Both the position numbers and the translations under genes were made by a program. Shown piece after piece: positions 52,227-62,829 of a DNA stretch of 64,000 nt (position 1 is its first letter; each line of letters begins with the position of its first letter). This stretch comes from Cyanobacteria bacterium P01_D01_bin.156 (GTDB lineage: Bacteria > Cyanobacteriota > Cyanobacteriia > Phormidesmidales > Phormidesmidaceae), in assembly GCA_039024555.1 (NCBI GenBank), contig JBCCQQ010000001.1, forward strand, positions 96,001-160,000. The letters are read 5' to 3'. The notes beneath the pieces were generated by a model that was not told the DNA's origin, did no database searches, and worked only from the letters and a program-made list of their open reading frames with translations.

Positions 52227-55200
52227 GACTCAGCCTCAGTAGTCTGGCTATTCGTCGTCACATTGCGACTCTAATGCTCTGTGTCGCTGTGATTGTATTA
52301 GGTATTTTCTTTACACTACGGTTACCCGTAGATTTGTTGCCATCCATTACCTACCCACGTATCGGTGTACGTGCTGACACCCCAGGCATATCGCCAGATG
52401 TGGCTGTTGACGAAATTACTCGCCCCCTAGAACAAGCCCTTGCCGCCACCGAAGGCGTGGTGCAGCTAGTGTCTAAAACTCGAGAAGGCCGCGTCAGTAT
52501 AGACCTATATTTTGAACCCGGCGGCAATATTGACCAGGCTCTCAATGATGCCAATGCTACACTCAACCGTGCCCGAGATCGACTACCCGATAGCATTTCC
52601 CAACCGCGCCTCTTTAAGTTTGATCCATCCCAGCTGCCTGTATACGAAATGGCGCTTACCTCCGAGACACTACAGGGTATGGATTTAAGGATATTTGCAG
52701 ATGAAGAACTGGCCAGGGAGCTGTCTACTGTATCTGGTGTTGCTAGCGTTGATATCTCTGGCGGTGTCCAAGAAGAAATTCAAATCAACTTAGATCCGGC
52801 TCGATTACAGAGATTAGGATTGGGGCTGGCGGATGTTCTAGATGCCTTAGAAGAACGCAATCAAGATACTGCAGGGGGACGTATTCAAGGTTCTAATAGC
52901 GAACCTTTAACTAGGGTCACCGGAAAATTTCAGAATGCGGAAGAGATTCGCGATCTGGTATTTAACGTAGACGGGCAACAGGTATATCTACGAGACTTTG
53001 CCGACGTGATAGATGGCACTGAAGAACAACGACTGTTTGTCAACCTCAATGGCCAGTCTGCCGTTAAAGTCAGTGTCCAGAAACAGCCCACAGCCAATAC
53101 AATCGCTGTGGTAGAAGGGGTTAAACAACGGCTTGAACAGCTTAAAGCTGCTGGCATGGTCCCGGAGGATTTGCTGATTAACGTCATCTTAGACGAATCC
53201 ATTTTTATTCAAAATGCTATTCGTAATGTCGCCACTGCAGGCTTAACTGGAACCGTATTAGCGGCCTTAGCAGTCTTGCTATTTCTTGGCTCTTTACGAC
53301 AAACCTTTATTGTTGTACTTGCCATTCCCCTAGCGACACTCATCACTCTATTGCTTTCCGGAGTATTGGGCCTTTCGCTAAACGTATTTAGCTTAGGTGG
53401 CCTGGCGTTGGGAGTTGGCATTGTTGTGGACAATGCCATTGTTATGTTAGAAAACATTGCCGAAGGCGTGGCAAACACCTCCAAACCAATTGTTCGCCAA
53501 GCAGAGACCAGCAGCCAAGCATTAGAATCTGCCCTCATAGCCTCTACCTCCACCAATTTGGTAGCCGTATTACCATTCTTACTCATGGGAGGATTTATAT
53601 CCCTACTGTTTAGTCAACTGGTAGTGACCATCAGTCTGGCGGTAGCCGCCTCCTTGTTGGTGGCGTTAACGGTAGTCCCAGCCCTCGCTGCTCGTTTGCT
53701 GGCTATCAAGGCCCATAGCAACGTGTCTAATTTCTGGCCCATTCGCTGGTTTAGACACCAGTTACAGGGAGCTAACCGTAGCTATAGCACCACGCTCAGC
53801 TGGGTGCTACAGCACCGGTTCATGGTCATTGCTACGGCCATTGTTGTATTTGGTGGCGGCAGCTGGGCCATGGCTCAACAGATCCCCCAGGAGATTTTGC
53901 CTAGAATTAGTAACGGCCAGGCACGCGTGTGGGTGCAGCTACCGCCAGGGACCACCCTGAAGGAAAATCGTCGAGTCATGACTGCCATCGACGACATTTT
54001 GCTGGCTCAGCCGGAGACTGACTATGTTTTTAGCACTTCCGGTGGTTTTCTTTTTGGCAATATCAGCATTGATAATGCTTTGCGGGGCTCTAGCACCCTC
54101 ACCCTTAAACCAGGAACAGATGTAGAAGCCTTTAGCGATCGCATCAACCAAACCCTACGTCAGTTAAATCTGGTCAAAACCAGACTGCGGGTCTCTCCAG
54201 GATCTGTACGGGGTCTAATTTTGAGTAACTCCCCAGTCCGCAGCGATGTCGATATTGTGCTGCAAAGTAGCAGTACTCAGCTACTGGAACAGACCGGACG
54301 TCAGGTATTAGATGCTCTGAAAGAAGCAACCCTTGCTAGCTACTTACCCGATGCCGATCCACCCCAGCCAGAAATACAGATCCGCCCTGACTGGGAACGG
54401 ACAGCAGATATAGAGTTATCTGCCGAGGAGATTGGCCGCACAGTCGAAACAATACTGTCAGGAACCGTGCCCACCCAGCTACAGCGAGGAGACCGTCTGA
54501 TCGATGTGCGGGTACATACCCCCGACACCTTGGTGCAAAATCCGGATCAGCTTAGCCAGCTGCCCTTAATCGGTAGTCAAGTTCGCTTAGGCAACATCGC
54601 TAGCCTGGAAAACAGTCAATCTCCAGGAGAAATCCAGCGTATTAACCAACGCCAGGTATTTATCATTGAAGGCCGTTTAACAGAAGACGCAAGCCTGGGA
54701 GAGGCTTTGGCAGAAATCGATCAAATCATGGCAACGGTTTCTCTTCCAGACGGTGTGAGCCGTCTACCGAGTTTTAGTGCGCAGAGCAATGCATCTATTC
54801 AAGAAGGGCTGGGGTTACTCGGGGGGCTAGCCGTATTCCTCGTATTTACAGTCATGGCCGTGCAGTATAACTCTCTGATCGATCCGCTGGTCATCATGCT
54901 TACAGTACCCTTAGCCTTGGCCGGAGGAATCCTAGGACTGTACGTCACAGAAACTGCTATTGGCGCAACAGTAGTGGTGGGTGCGGTTCTACTAGTGGGT
55001 ATTGTGGTGAACAACGCCATTATTCTGGTGGAGTTGGCCAATCAGATTTATGTCCAAGAACGCTGTAGTCACAGCATAGCCATGTTAAAAGCAGCCCCCC
55101 AACGATTGCGGCCTATTTTAATGACAACTGTAACAACGGTGTTAGGGATGTTGCCCCTCGCATTGGGCTTGGGAGAAGGGTCAGAATTCTTACAACCTTT

Positions 55201-55366
55201 AGGCGTGGTCATCTTTTCGGGCTTATCATTAGCAACCCTAATGACCCTCTTTGTGATTCCCTGTTTTTACACAGTTTTACATCGATCTGAACCAAATCAC
55301 CCAAGCGGCCACATCATCCTTAGCAAGAGCAACTCTAAACGTACAAGCCCCAGTATCAAAAGCTAG
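52223..55366 (+). CDS. RND efflux permease (AcrB/AcrD/AcrF family)
   Basis: LPVDLLPSI, GIVVDNAIVMLENI, GIVVNNAIIL, RLRPILMTT; ATGA overlap with MFP. Confidence 0.95.
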   Translation: MRLSLSSLAIRRHIATLMLCVAVIVLGIFFTLRLPVDLLPSITYPRIGVRADTPGISPDVAVDEITRPLEQALAATEGVVQLVSKTREGRVSIDLYFEPGGNIDQALNDANATLNRARDRLPDSISQPRLFKFDPSQLPVYEMALTSETLQGMDLRIFADEELARELSTVSGVASVDISGGVQEEIQINLDPARLQRLGLGLADVLDALEERNQDTAGGRIQGSNSEPLTRVTGKFQNAEEIRDLVFNVDGQQVYLRDFADVIDGTEEQRLFVNLNGQSAVKVSVQKQPTANTIAVVEGVKQRLEQLKAAGMVPEDLLINVILDESIFIQNAIRNVATAGLTGTVLAALAVLLFLGSLRQTFIVVLAIPLATLITLLLSGVLGLSLNVFSLGGLALGVGIVVDNAIVMLENIAEGVANTSKPIVRQAETSSQALESALIASTSTNLVAVLPFLLMGGFISLLFSQLVVTISLAVAASLLVALTVVPALAARLLAIKAHSNVSNFWPIRWFRHQLQGANRSYSTTLSWVLQHRFMVIATAIVVFGGGSWAMAQQIPQEILPRISNGQARVWVQLPPGTTLKENRRVMTAIDDILLAQPETDYVFSTSGGFLFGNISIDNALRGSSTLTLKPGTDVEAFSDRINQTLRQLNLVKTRLRVSPGSVRGLILSNSPVRSDVDIVLQSSSTQLLEQTGRQVLDALKEATLASYLPDADPPQPEIQIRPDWERTADIELSAEEIGRTVETILSGTVPTQLQRGDRLIDVRVHTPDTLVQNPDQLSQLPLIGSQVRLGNIASLENSQSPGEIQRINQRQVFIIEGRLTEDASLGEALAEIDQIMATVSLPDGVSRLPSFSAQSNASIQEGLGLLGGLAVFLVFTVMAVQYNSLIDPLVIMLTVPLALAGGILGLYVTETAIGATVVVGAVLLVGIVVNNAIILVELANQIYVQERCSHSIAMLKAAPQRLRPILMTTVTTVLGMLPLALGLGEGSEFLQPLGVVIFSGLSLATLMTLFVIPCFYTVLHRSEPNHPSGHIILSKSNSKRTSPSIKS

Positions 55367-55426
55367 CAGCCCCATCCTGAAATCATACACATTATGCCTG
55401 TATGAACAGCATAATCATAGACATCC

Positions 55427-55568
55427 CAGCAATTCTCAGTATGAGATTTTTGTCCCAAAATTGGATCCTAATGCTCAGTTATCTGAACGAGGAATTAGGC
55501 TTCCAGTAAATTGCCATTCTCAAAAATCAGGGTTTTATAGACCAATATTGTCATACTGAGAATTGCTG
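55427..55568. mobile_element. 142-bp MITE, family B
   Basis: Perfect 18-bp TIR CAGCAATTCTCAGTATGA / TCATACTGAGAATTGCTG; 9-bp TSD TAGACATCC (55418-55426, 55569-55577). Confidence 0.9.
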
Positions 55569-55620
55569 TAGACATCCTAGGAGGAACCTGTAACCAGGAG
55601 AACATTAATCAATAGTCGCT

Positions 55621-58600
55621 TCAAACTTTAGTTGCAAATTGCCAAACAGGTAATTGATTTCCTCTTAATAGTTGAGTTTCAATCGCTTCAGCAGGAAGCG
55701 GTTTAGAAAACAAATAGCCTTGACCAAATTGGCACCCTAACTTCTGGATATACTGCAGCTGTTGATAGGTCTCAATACCTTCTGCCACAACTGTTAAATC
55801 CAATTGACTACTCAATGTAACAATGGTTTCCACTACCCGATGGTTACGAGTTTCAAGATGCATTTGACTGACAAACGACTGATCAATCTTGAGATTGTTC
55901 ACTGGCAAACGATGGAGATAATTCAGCGATGAATAACCAGTACCAAAATCATCAATACTAATTTGAATCTGTCGATCTGTCAGCTGAGATAACAATCCAA
56001 TGGTCTGATCAATATCTTCAATCAGCATACTCTCAGTAATTTCCAGAGTGATTTCAATACCTGATAAATGATGCTTCTTTAGAGAGTCATCTATGTCTTG
56101 AAGTAAACTTGTCTTTCTCAACCCTTGAGCCGATAAATTAACGCTTACCTTTAAAGAAGAGAAATCAGAGGATTTAGCACGCCATCGTTTGATTTGCGCA
56201 CAGGCTTGTTCAAACACCCAACGATCCAGTGCAACAATTAGGCCAATTTCTTCGACAATCGGGATAAATTCATCAGGAGAGATGATTCCTCTAACCGGAT
56301 GATTCCAGCGGGCCAGCACCTCAAAACCAACTAGTTGATAATTAGATAAATTAACAATTGGTTGATAATAAACTGTAAATTCGTCTTTCTCAAACGCTTG
56401 ACGCAAATCAGCTTCTAGGGTTAAACGCTGCAATGCCTGGGTATGCATCACGGTATCAAAAAATTTGTAGGAATTGCTTTCTTGTTGCTTTGCCCGATAC
56501 ATGGCAATATCGGCATCGCGAATTAATTCATCAGCATGTTGATAGTCTTGATTACCCAAGACTATCCCAATACTCATACCTGTAAAAATCTGATGCTCAT
56601 TCACAACAACCGATGTTTGACAGTCTTTCTGAATCTGTCGAACAACTTGAACAACATCTTCTACATTAGAAAAATCTTCTAACAAGACAACAAACTCATC
56701 GCCTCCCAAGCGGGCAACTAGGTCAGTCTTTCGCAATCGATTTTGCAACCTTTGAGCAATTGCTATCAAGAGCTGATCACCAACAATATGGCCCAAGCTA
56801 TCATTGATGACCTTAAAGCGGTCAAGATCAATAAAAAGAACAGCATAGTGATAACGCGCCAAATGTTTTGCTCGATTCATAGCCAACTCAAGTCGCTCTA
56901 ACAACAGCGCTCGATTCGGCAAATTGGTTAATGGATCATGTAACGCGTTGTGGGTAATGAGAGCCTGTGCCTGCTTAAGATTACTGATATCACGGCAAAC
57001 TGAAATTAATAAGCCATCTTCAGTCAGCGTAAGTGAGACGCCTTGGGCAAATGTTGAACCATCCTTACGAGTTGCGATCGCTTCCCCCTGCCAAGCTCGA
57101 TTATGCTCTAGTTGGGGTAAAACTTCTTCCTCTAGACGAGTTACTTCATCAACCGAGTAACGTAGTTTCCAGCTTTGACCAATCAGCTCATCAGGCCGCT
57201 CATAACAAAAAAGATCGACATAAGCCTGGTTGACATAAAGGTATGTTCCATCCTGGATAATACTAATGCCGTCAATCGCTGCCTCAATCGCCGCTAGCTG
57301 CCGCTTGCTAGCGGCTCCAGATTGCAAGCGTTCCAATTCAGCAGCGGCACGCGCCCCAAACACTCGCAAAATTTGCTTAGCCCAGCTAGGGTTTGCAATG
57401 GGTTGGTTATGGAGTATGTAAAGATGACCAATGGCCTGACCTTGATTACTCATTAAGGCAATGCCAAGATAGCTCTCAGCACCTAACTTCGCAAGATCTA
57501 AATCGTCTGGGAACCGTTTCTGAACATCGTAATTACAGTAAAACTCCCCCATTTGGAAGACATAATCACATGGGGTACGGGCTAAGGCATAGGTGTAGGC
57601 TGGCATGAGAACGCCATTCGCCCAGAAAGCAAGGGTTTGCAATTGATCATCAACTCTTTCCGTAACGATCGCATAGGAAACATTAAGCGCTTCAGCAATG
57701 TGCCGCACTAGGGCTGGGAAAAAGTCTTTCCCTGTAGCCACGGTGCCTGCCACCAGATTTTGTAAAGCCAGATCTGACTGTTTGCGTTCTGTAATATCGA
57801 GCACTGTACCAAACAGCCGCTGAGCATGACCTTGAAGATCATATTTCACGGCTACTCGCAATTCCTGGTAGCTAAGACTGCCATCCGGTCGAACAATGCT
57901 ATATTCAGTAGTATGGGGCAAACCAACAACAATTGCCTGCTCAACACATTGACTTAAACGTTGCCGATCCTTAGTTGGCAGCATCTGCAAAAACTCTCCA
58001 TAGGAAGGCGCTGATATACCAGGTTCCAAGCCATGGATTCGAAACATTTCAGGTGACCAGTTCATGGTCTGACTAAAGACATCCAATGCCCAGTTACCAA
58101 CATGGGCAACCTGCTGCGCCTCTAACAGCATCGCCTCGCTGTAACGTAGTTGTTCCTCTGCTTGTTGGCGCTCAATCGCAATACCTGCCAGATAGGCCAT
58201 CTGTGCAGTTGTCGCAAGTTCATATTTTTGGGGCGACCTGGCTGCCTGATAGTATGTGGAAAATACTCCTAGTACTCGGCTATCCCCTCCATAAATCGGA
58301 ATAGACCAACAAGCTCGCAAACCGTGGCCAAGTAGTAGCTCTTTATACTCTGGAGTAAACGAGGCTTTTTTTATATTCGGAACAATCACCGTCTCATGTC
58401 TAAGCACTGCTTTGGCACAAGGCCTCATATCGTCTTTACACAAAACACCATGATTCGCTTGATGATAGCTATTGGGTAAGCTAGGTGCTGCCCCAGGATA
58501 TAGACGATTATTTTGACCCAGTAGCAAAATAGCGCACACACCTTGGCTCAAACCTTGCTCAAGTGCCTGAACTAAGGTGATCAGAATTTCAGATAGAGGA

Positions 58601-58674
58601 GAACCTGTGGCGATTTTAGCTAACAGTTCATTTTGGATTTGCAGTTGGAGTGCAGCGAAATCACGCTCATTCAT
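55621..58674 (-). CDS. GAF-PAS-GAF-PAS-GGDEF-EAL diguanylate cyclase/phosphodiesterase
   Basis: RACWSIPI (GAF); HDPLTNLPNR; RKTD I-site + RLGGDEF; FEVLARW, LEITES, DDFGTGYSSL, VVAEGIE. Confidence 0.95.
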   Translation of the reverse strand: MNERDFAALQLQIQNELLAKIATGSPLSEILITLVQALEQGLSQGVCAILLLGQNNRLYPGAAPSLPNSYHQANHGVLCKDDMRPCAKAVLRHETVIVPNIKKASFTPEYKELLLGHGLRACWSIPIYGGDSRVLGVFSTYYQAARSPQKYELATTAQMAYLAGIAIERQQAEEQLRYSEAMLLEAQQVAHVGNWALDVFSQTMNWSPEMFRIHGLEPGISAPSYGEFLQMLPTKDRQRLSQCVEQAIVVGLPHTTEYSIVRPDGSLSYQELRVAVKYDLQGHAQRLFGTVLDITERKQSDLALQNLVAGTVATGKDFFPALVRHIAEALNVSYAIVTERVDDQLQTLAFWANGVLMPAYTYALARTPCDYVFQMGEFYCNYDVQKRFPDDLDLAKLGAESYLGIALMSNQGQAIGHLYILHNQPIANPSWAKQILRVFGARAAAELERLQSGAASKRQLAAIEAAIDGISIIQDGTYLYVNQAYVDLFCYERPDELIGQSWKLRYSVDEVTRLEEEVLPQLEHNRAWQGEAIATRKDGSTFAQGVSLTLTEDGLLISVCRDISNLKQAQALITHNALHDPLTNLPNRALLLERLELAMNRAKHLARYHYAVLFIDLDRFKVINDSLGHIVGDQLLIAIAQRLQNRLRKTDLVARLGGDEFVVLLEDFSNVEDVVQVVRQIQKDCQTSVVVNEHQIFTGMSIGIVLGNQDYQHADELIRDADIAMYRAKQQESNSYKFFDTVMHTQALQRLTLEADLRQAFEKDEFTVYYQPIVNLSNYQLVGFEVLARWNHPVRGIISPDEFIPIVEEIGLIVALDRWVFEQACAQIKRWRAKSSDFSSLKVSVNLSAQGLRKTSLLQDIDDSLKKHHLSGIEITLEITESMLIEDIDQTIGLLSQLTDRQIQISIDDFGTGYSSLNYLHRLPVNNLKIDQSFVSQMHLETRNHRVVETIVTLSSQLDLTVVAEGIETYQQLQYIQKLGCQFGQGYLFSKPLPAEAIETQLLRGNQLPVWQFATKV

Positions 58675-58729
58675 ACTCGTCTGGGTTTCTTACCAATCAC
58701 ACTGACCTGAACGCACCATAAAAAGTTTG

Positions 58730-58820
58730 GCCGTTGCTAAATTCTCGATATGATTTGAAACCCACAACACTTCTGAACCATAGGTTTTACGGATCGATAC
58801 ACCCCTAAAGCAGCAACGGC
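58730..58820 (+). mobile_element. MITE family A copy, diverged
   Basis: GCCGTTGCTAAAT...CCCTAAAGCAGCAACGGC, 91 bp; flanks AAAGTTTG/AAGGTTCG (6/8 match). Confidence 0.6.
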
Positions 58821-59141
58821 AAGGTTCGGATTCCGATTCCAGTGCCAAACACGCACACATCTCAAGAAAAAACCACCTGCCTCACAAACATACAATTTGC
58901 CAACTATACAATTTGCCACCTTACAGGTAGTTTTCCCGAAAATTTCCTGTAAAACACGCAAATACTGTCCAGACATTAGGTCAGATGTTTACGATAGACA
59001 TGGCTAGACAGCCTAGGCCTATCGGTAATCTTTTAACTCGTATATGCCAATTTTTGCCGCACATAAAAGTTGTGTGAAGTCACCTTAAATGCCGAGTACC
59101 TGCTATGACAAATCGCTAGGTTGGAAACAATTATATAAGTA

Positions 59142-59231
59142 GCCGTTGCTGCAACCATGATTGTTTCTGAAGGAGTCTGGCACAGTCGTCGAACGTCGTC
59201 AGATCGGTCCATCCCATAAATCAGCAACGGT
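59142..59231 (+). mobile_element. MITE family A copy
   Basis: GCCGTTGCTG...TCTGGCACAGT...ATCGGTCCATCCCATAAATCAGCAACGG; interior closely resembles the 42438 copy. Confidence 0.75.
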
Positions 59232-59291
59232 ACGCTTTGAATTGAAATCATCGCGAAATTTGGCAATACTTATCCAGTCCTACACGTCACT

Positions 59292-59726
59292 ATGTACTCA
59301 CTGCAATCTATCCAGGCTCGTAAAAAAAACAATAAAAATATTGCTAATGCGGTTGTTGTAAGCGCTGTAGGTGCAAGCATGGCCATTGGCACTGGGGTGA
59401 TTCTATTTACGACTGGGGTGATTACATTGGGTGGGGTGCCCTATTCTGTCTTGATGAAAGTTTGGCAAGATCCAGATGCTCGCTCAGCACTATTAGAAGG
59501 AGATGCAACAGAGCTCCATGACCTGATGGGTAATTTGGGTATCGAATACGATATCAAAAACTATTACAGTGACCGAATCCAAGATCCAGTCAAATTAGAT
59601 CAGCATATTCATCAAATTTTGTTTGATCGTACAGGTTATGTGGGGGAAAACTATACTGTTCAGGGGCGAACGCTAATCCTAAAAGAAGGCAAAATCGAAC
59701 AACTGAGAAACTGCCCAAGTTGTTAG
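59292..59726 (+). CDS. Hypothetical membrane-anchored protein
   Basis: N-terminal TM; GGVPYS..LDQHIHQILFDRTGYVGENY. Confidence 0.7.
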   Translation: MYSLQSIQARKKNNKNIANAVVVSAVGASMAIGTGVILFTTGVITLGGVPYSVLMKVWQDPDARSALLEGDATELHDLMGNLGIEYDIKNYYSDRIQDPVKLDQHIHQILFDRTGYVGENYTVQGRTLILKEGKIEQLRNCPSC

Positions 59727-59764
59727 GGAGATTTCTGTTAAGAGACGTTTACTGATTTATCACA

Positions 59765-61369
59765 CTAACGTCTCAGGAGTTTTGAGCGCAGCTGTTCTCC
59801 TAAAAGTCTTGCTTCTGGAATACCCAGAACTATTGTTGCCAGGGCAAACACACTCAGACTGGCCCCACCTGCCACACACAGAACCACTAAGTTCGTAAAA
59901 AATCCTTCTGTTCCTAACCACGTCTCTAAACCCATACGACTGGCCCAGGCGATAGCGCCAGAGAGACAACTGCTAAGCAATAACAGTATTAACGGTCGTG
60001 CCCAGTCCTCCCAAGGCAGTCCGTTAATTTTTCTGGATAGCAGAATCAACAATGCCACCATAGACACTAAATTTACACCAACTGTGGCAAAGACAAGGCC
60101 AGGAGCACCATAACGACTGATGAGAAGAAAATCTAACAGCGCATTCAGGCCAATATTAAACAAACTAATGCGAAAGGGTGTATCACCATCTCCCAGGGCA
60201 TAGAATACTCGCACCAGGACATCTCGCCCCAAATAGACAAACATCCCCACACCGTAGGCAACTAGCACCGAAGTCACAAGCTGAGAAGCATTTTTATCAA
60301 ATGCACCTCGCTCATACACGACACGCACCATCGGTAAAGCTAGCGTCATAAACAAAGCGCTCAAAGGCAGCATGGTCAGAGCCGTTAGCAACAGACCTTG
60401 ACGGATGCGCTGTTTAAGCTCATCCCAATGGACAGGGTCCGCTAATCGAGCAAAAATCGGTAAAAATGGGACCAAAATAACATTGGAAATAATGCCTAGG
60501 GGAGTTTGAACTAGCAGATTTGCATAGTCCAGAGCAGCAATAGTCCCCGGTAGTGCCGCTGCAAAAAAGAGATCTACCTGGACATTAATTTGCATCATGC
60601 CTGACGAAAAGGTGGCAGGCCCTAAAACATTCAAGACATCCTTAACTGCTGGATCCTGAGTATTGAAACGCAACCGCAGCCGACCCAGGCCCTGCTTCCA
60701 CAGCACGGGTACCTGCACCAGCCACTGCAGGACTGCTCCCATTAGAGTACCGATGGCCAAAGCTGCTCCGCCTACCAGCGCGTAGCGAGGTTCTGCCATC
60801 TTGTCTCCTAGGGTAAAGAAAACCACTCCCAGTGACACAATCACCGCACTACTGGAAAACAACGGGCTAATGGAAGGCAACCAATAGTGGTCAGCGGCAT
60901 TGAGGGTGCCAAAACCAATCCCGATGAGTCCAGCAAACATGGCCATGGGAGCCATGATTCGCAGTTGCAGAATAGCAATATCACGAGTGATGGCACCTGC
61001 TTCTGCATTTTCGCTCAGACGATTCCCTAGGATGCCAATGATTGACGGGGCAAAAGTCATAATGCCCAGCGTGACCAATAACAGCCCTATGCCCACTAGA
61101 GTTGTAATAGTTTCCACTAGAGGGGCAATTTCCTTCTTTTTGCGATTGGCAACACCGCGTACAATGGCACTGTGGAAGGGACCATTAATCCCCCCTAGCA
61201 ACACTAAAAGGAAACCGGGAATGGCATAGGCTAACCCATAGGCATCAGCAACTGGGCCAACGGCAAAGGTAGCCGCAATCGCCTGGGTGCGAACCAGACC
61301 AAATACTTTACTAATCAGGGTTGCGATCGCAACAATTCCGGCAATACCCGCTAAGGATCGTTTGGTCAC
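59765..61369 (-). CDS. murJ: Lipid II flippase MurJ (MviN)
   Basis: ATLISKVFGLVR, GGINGPFHSA, QINVQVDLFFA, YERGAF, RVFYALGD. Confidence 0.95.
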   Translation of the reverse strand: MTKRSLAGIAGIVAIATLISKVFGLVRTQAIAATFAVGPVADAYGLAYAIPGFLLVLLGGINGPFHSAIVRGVANRKKKEIAPLVETITTLVGIGLLLVTLGIMTFAPSIIGILGNRLSENAEAGAITRDIAILQLRIMAPMAMFAGLIGIGFGTLNAADHYWLPSISPLFSSSAVIVSLGVVFFTLGDKMAEPRYALVGGAALAIGTLMGAVLQWLVQVPVLWKQGLGRLRLRFNTQDPAVKDVLNVLGPATFSSGMMQINVQVDLFFAAALPGTIAALDYANLLVQTPLGIISNVILVPFLPIFARLADPVHWDELKQRIRQGLLLTALTMLPLSALFMTLALPMVRVVYERGAFDKNASQLVTSVLVAYGVGMFVYLGRDVLVRVFYALGDGDTPFRISLFNIGLNALLDFLLISRYGAPGLVFATVGVNLVSMVALLILLSRKINGLPWEDWARPLILLLLSSCLSGAIAWASRMGLETWLGTEGFFTNLVVLCVAGGASLSVFALATIVLGIPEARLLGEQLRSKLLRR

Positions 61370-61510
61370 TGGCTATTCAACCCTAAAAACACAGTTACGC
61401 ACAGCTGCGAACTGTAAGAACATTACCGAAATTAACAGATACTAAGAACCGGGGCTAGAGGCCTCGAAGTTGAATTGGTTCATACACTAAGGCCACACTA
61501 ACGAGTTTCT

Positions 61511-62230
61511 ATGACCCCTACTCAGGTTTATACCTTCCCTCCCCTGCTAGAAGGTACTTTGATCAAACGCTACAAACGTTTTATGGCGGACATTGAGCTG
61601 GCATCTGGAGAAACCGTTACCGCCCACTGTCCTAATACTGGTCCGATGACGGGAGTGTGTCATGTGGGCGGACGGGTAATGGTCTCCCAAAGCGATAACC
61701 CTAAACGCAAGCTGGCCTATACCTGGGAGCTAGCAGAGGTCAACGACAATGAACCAACCTGGGTGGGCGTCAATACAGCTCTACCTAATCGGGTCATTCA
61801 GGCTGCATTAGAAGCTCATGTATTTGGCGCAGCCTTAGGGGACTATACCGCCATCAAGCGAGAGGTGCCCTATGGAGAAAAAAGCCGGATTGATTTTCTG
61901 CTCACTACCGGCGAGAAATCAACCTATATCGAAGTCAAAAATTCCACTTGGGCCCAGAAACGCCTGTGTTTGTTCCCAGATACAGTCACTACCCGAGGCC
62001 AAAAGCACCTACGGGAACTAACTGCCTTGATACCCGATGCTCGGGCAGTCATGCTCTATTTCATTAATCGAGGTGATTGTGATCAATTTGCCCCAGGTGA
62101 TAGTGCCGATCCAACCTACGGGCAGCTACTCAGGGATGCGATCTCAGCTGGTGTTGAAGTGTTGCCCTGCCGCTTTGAGATTTCCCCCACTAGCATCAAC
62201 TACATTGGCCTCGCTCCGCTCACACTTTAA
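61511..62230 (+). CDS. sfsA: DNA/RNA nuclease SfsA
   Basis: KRYKRFMAD, AHCPNTGPM, SRIDFLL, YIEVKN, FPDTVTTRGQKHLREL. Confidence 0.95.
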   Translation: MTPTQVYTFPPLLEGTLIKRYKRFMADIELASGETVTAHCPNTGPMTGVCHVGGRVMVSQSDNPKRKLAYTWELAEVNDNEPTWVGVNTALPNRVIQAALEAHVFGAALGDYTAIKREVPYGEKSRIDFLLTTGEKSTYIEVKNSTWAQKRLCLFPDTVTTRGQKHLRELTALIPDARAVMLYFINRGDCDQFAPGDSADPTYGQLLRDAISAGVEVLPCRFEISPTSINYIGLAPLTL

Positions 62231-62348
62231 GGATTCGCTATCCCCACCTAGGGAACTTACGTAAGGCGGCACACTTTTTAATACACAATTTATGTTGTGC
62301 AAGATACCATTAAGGAAAGAAATTATTTTTCACCTTTCTCTAGCACTT

Positions 62349-62419
62349 TTCCCCACAAAATCCACAAGTTTTCCACAGGATATAGGGGGTTTTCCACAGG
62401 TTTTCCACAGCCCTCTACA
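62349..62419 (+). promoter_or_regulatory. Cluster of DnaA-box-like 9-mers
   Basis: TTTTCCACA at 62369, 62390, 62401; variants TTCCCCACA 62349, AAATCCACA 62358, CCCTCTACA 62411; all in the same orientation. Confidence 0.65.
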
Positions 62420-62829
62420 AAAAGTGCATTTGTGTTCTTAGTTTTTGGACTAAATTTTGAACCCTTGAGCAAGCACCCTATGCTCTTAGGTATAAATTTT
62501 TATAACAAAAATAGGTCTGAAACCTTACTGCTTCCGTTAGAGCACATACATAGTTATGTAAACGATCTACGCTCCAAACGATTGACGTGTAAAGCATACT
62601 GGACGTGATCTTAACAACTCACTTGTTGGCAGTGACTGGTTCAAGTTGTCAAAATCACTGTCTACAAAGACACTAAGGAAACGAGCAACAAGCACTTCAA
62701 ATTCGCTACACTGAGACTTCATACCTGGTCAAAGGCAAGGATTATTGCTAACTCTGTTGTAACCAGCACCATGGCTAAGGTTTGGGTATATTAATATCAT
62801 GCAACCATGCAATAGTTTAAGCTCCACCT

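Noticed and set aside
62558..62570. NtcA-like GTAAACGATCTAC
   Set aside because: Spacer is 7 nt rather than 8.
62297..62608. 103-aa ORF after sfsA
   Set aside because: Its FST/FPQ repeats are just translated DnaA-box-like repeats; no protein features.
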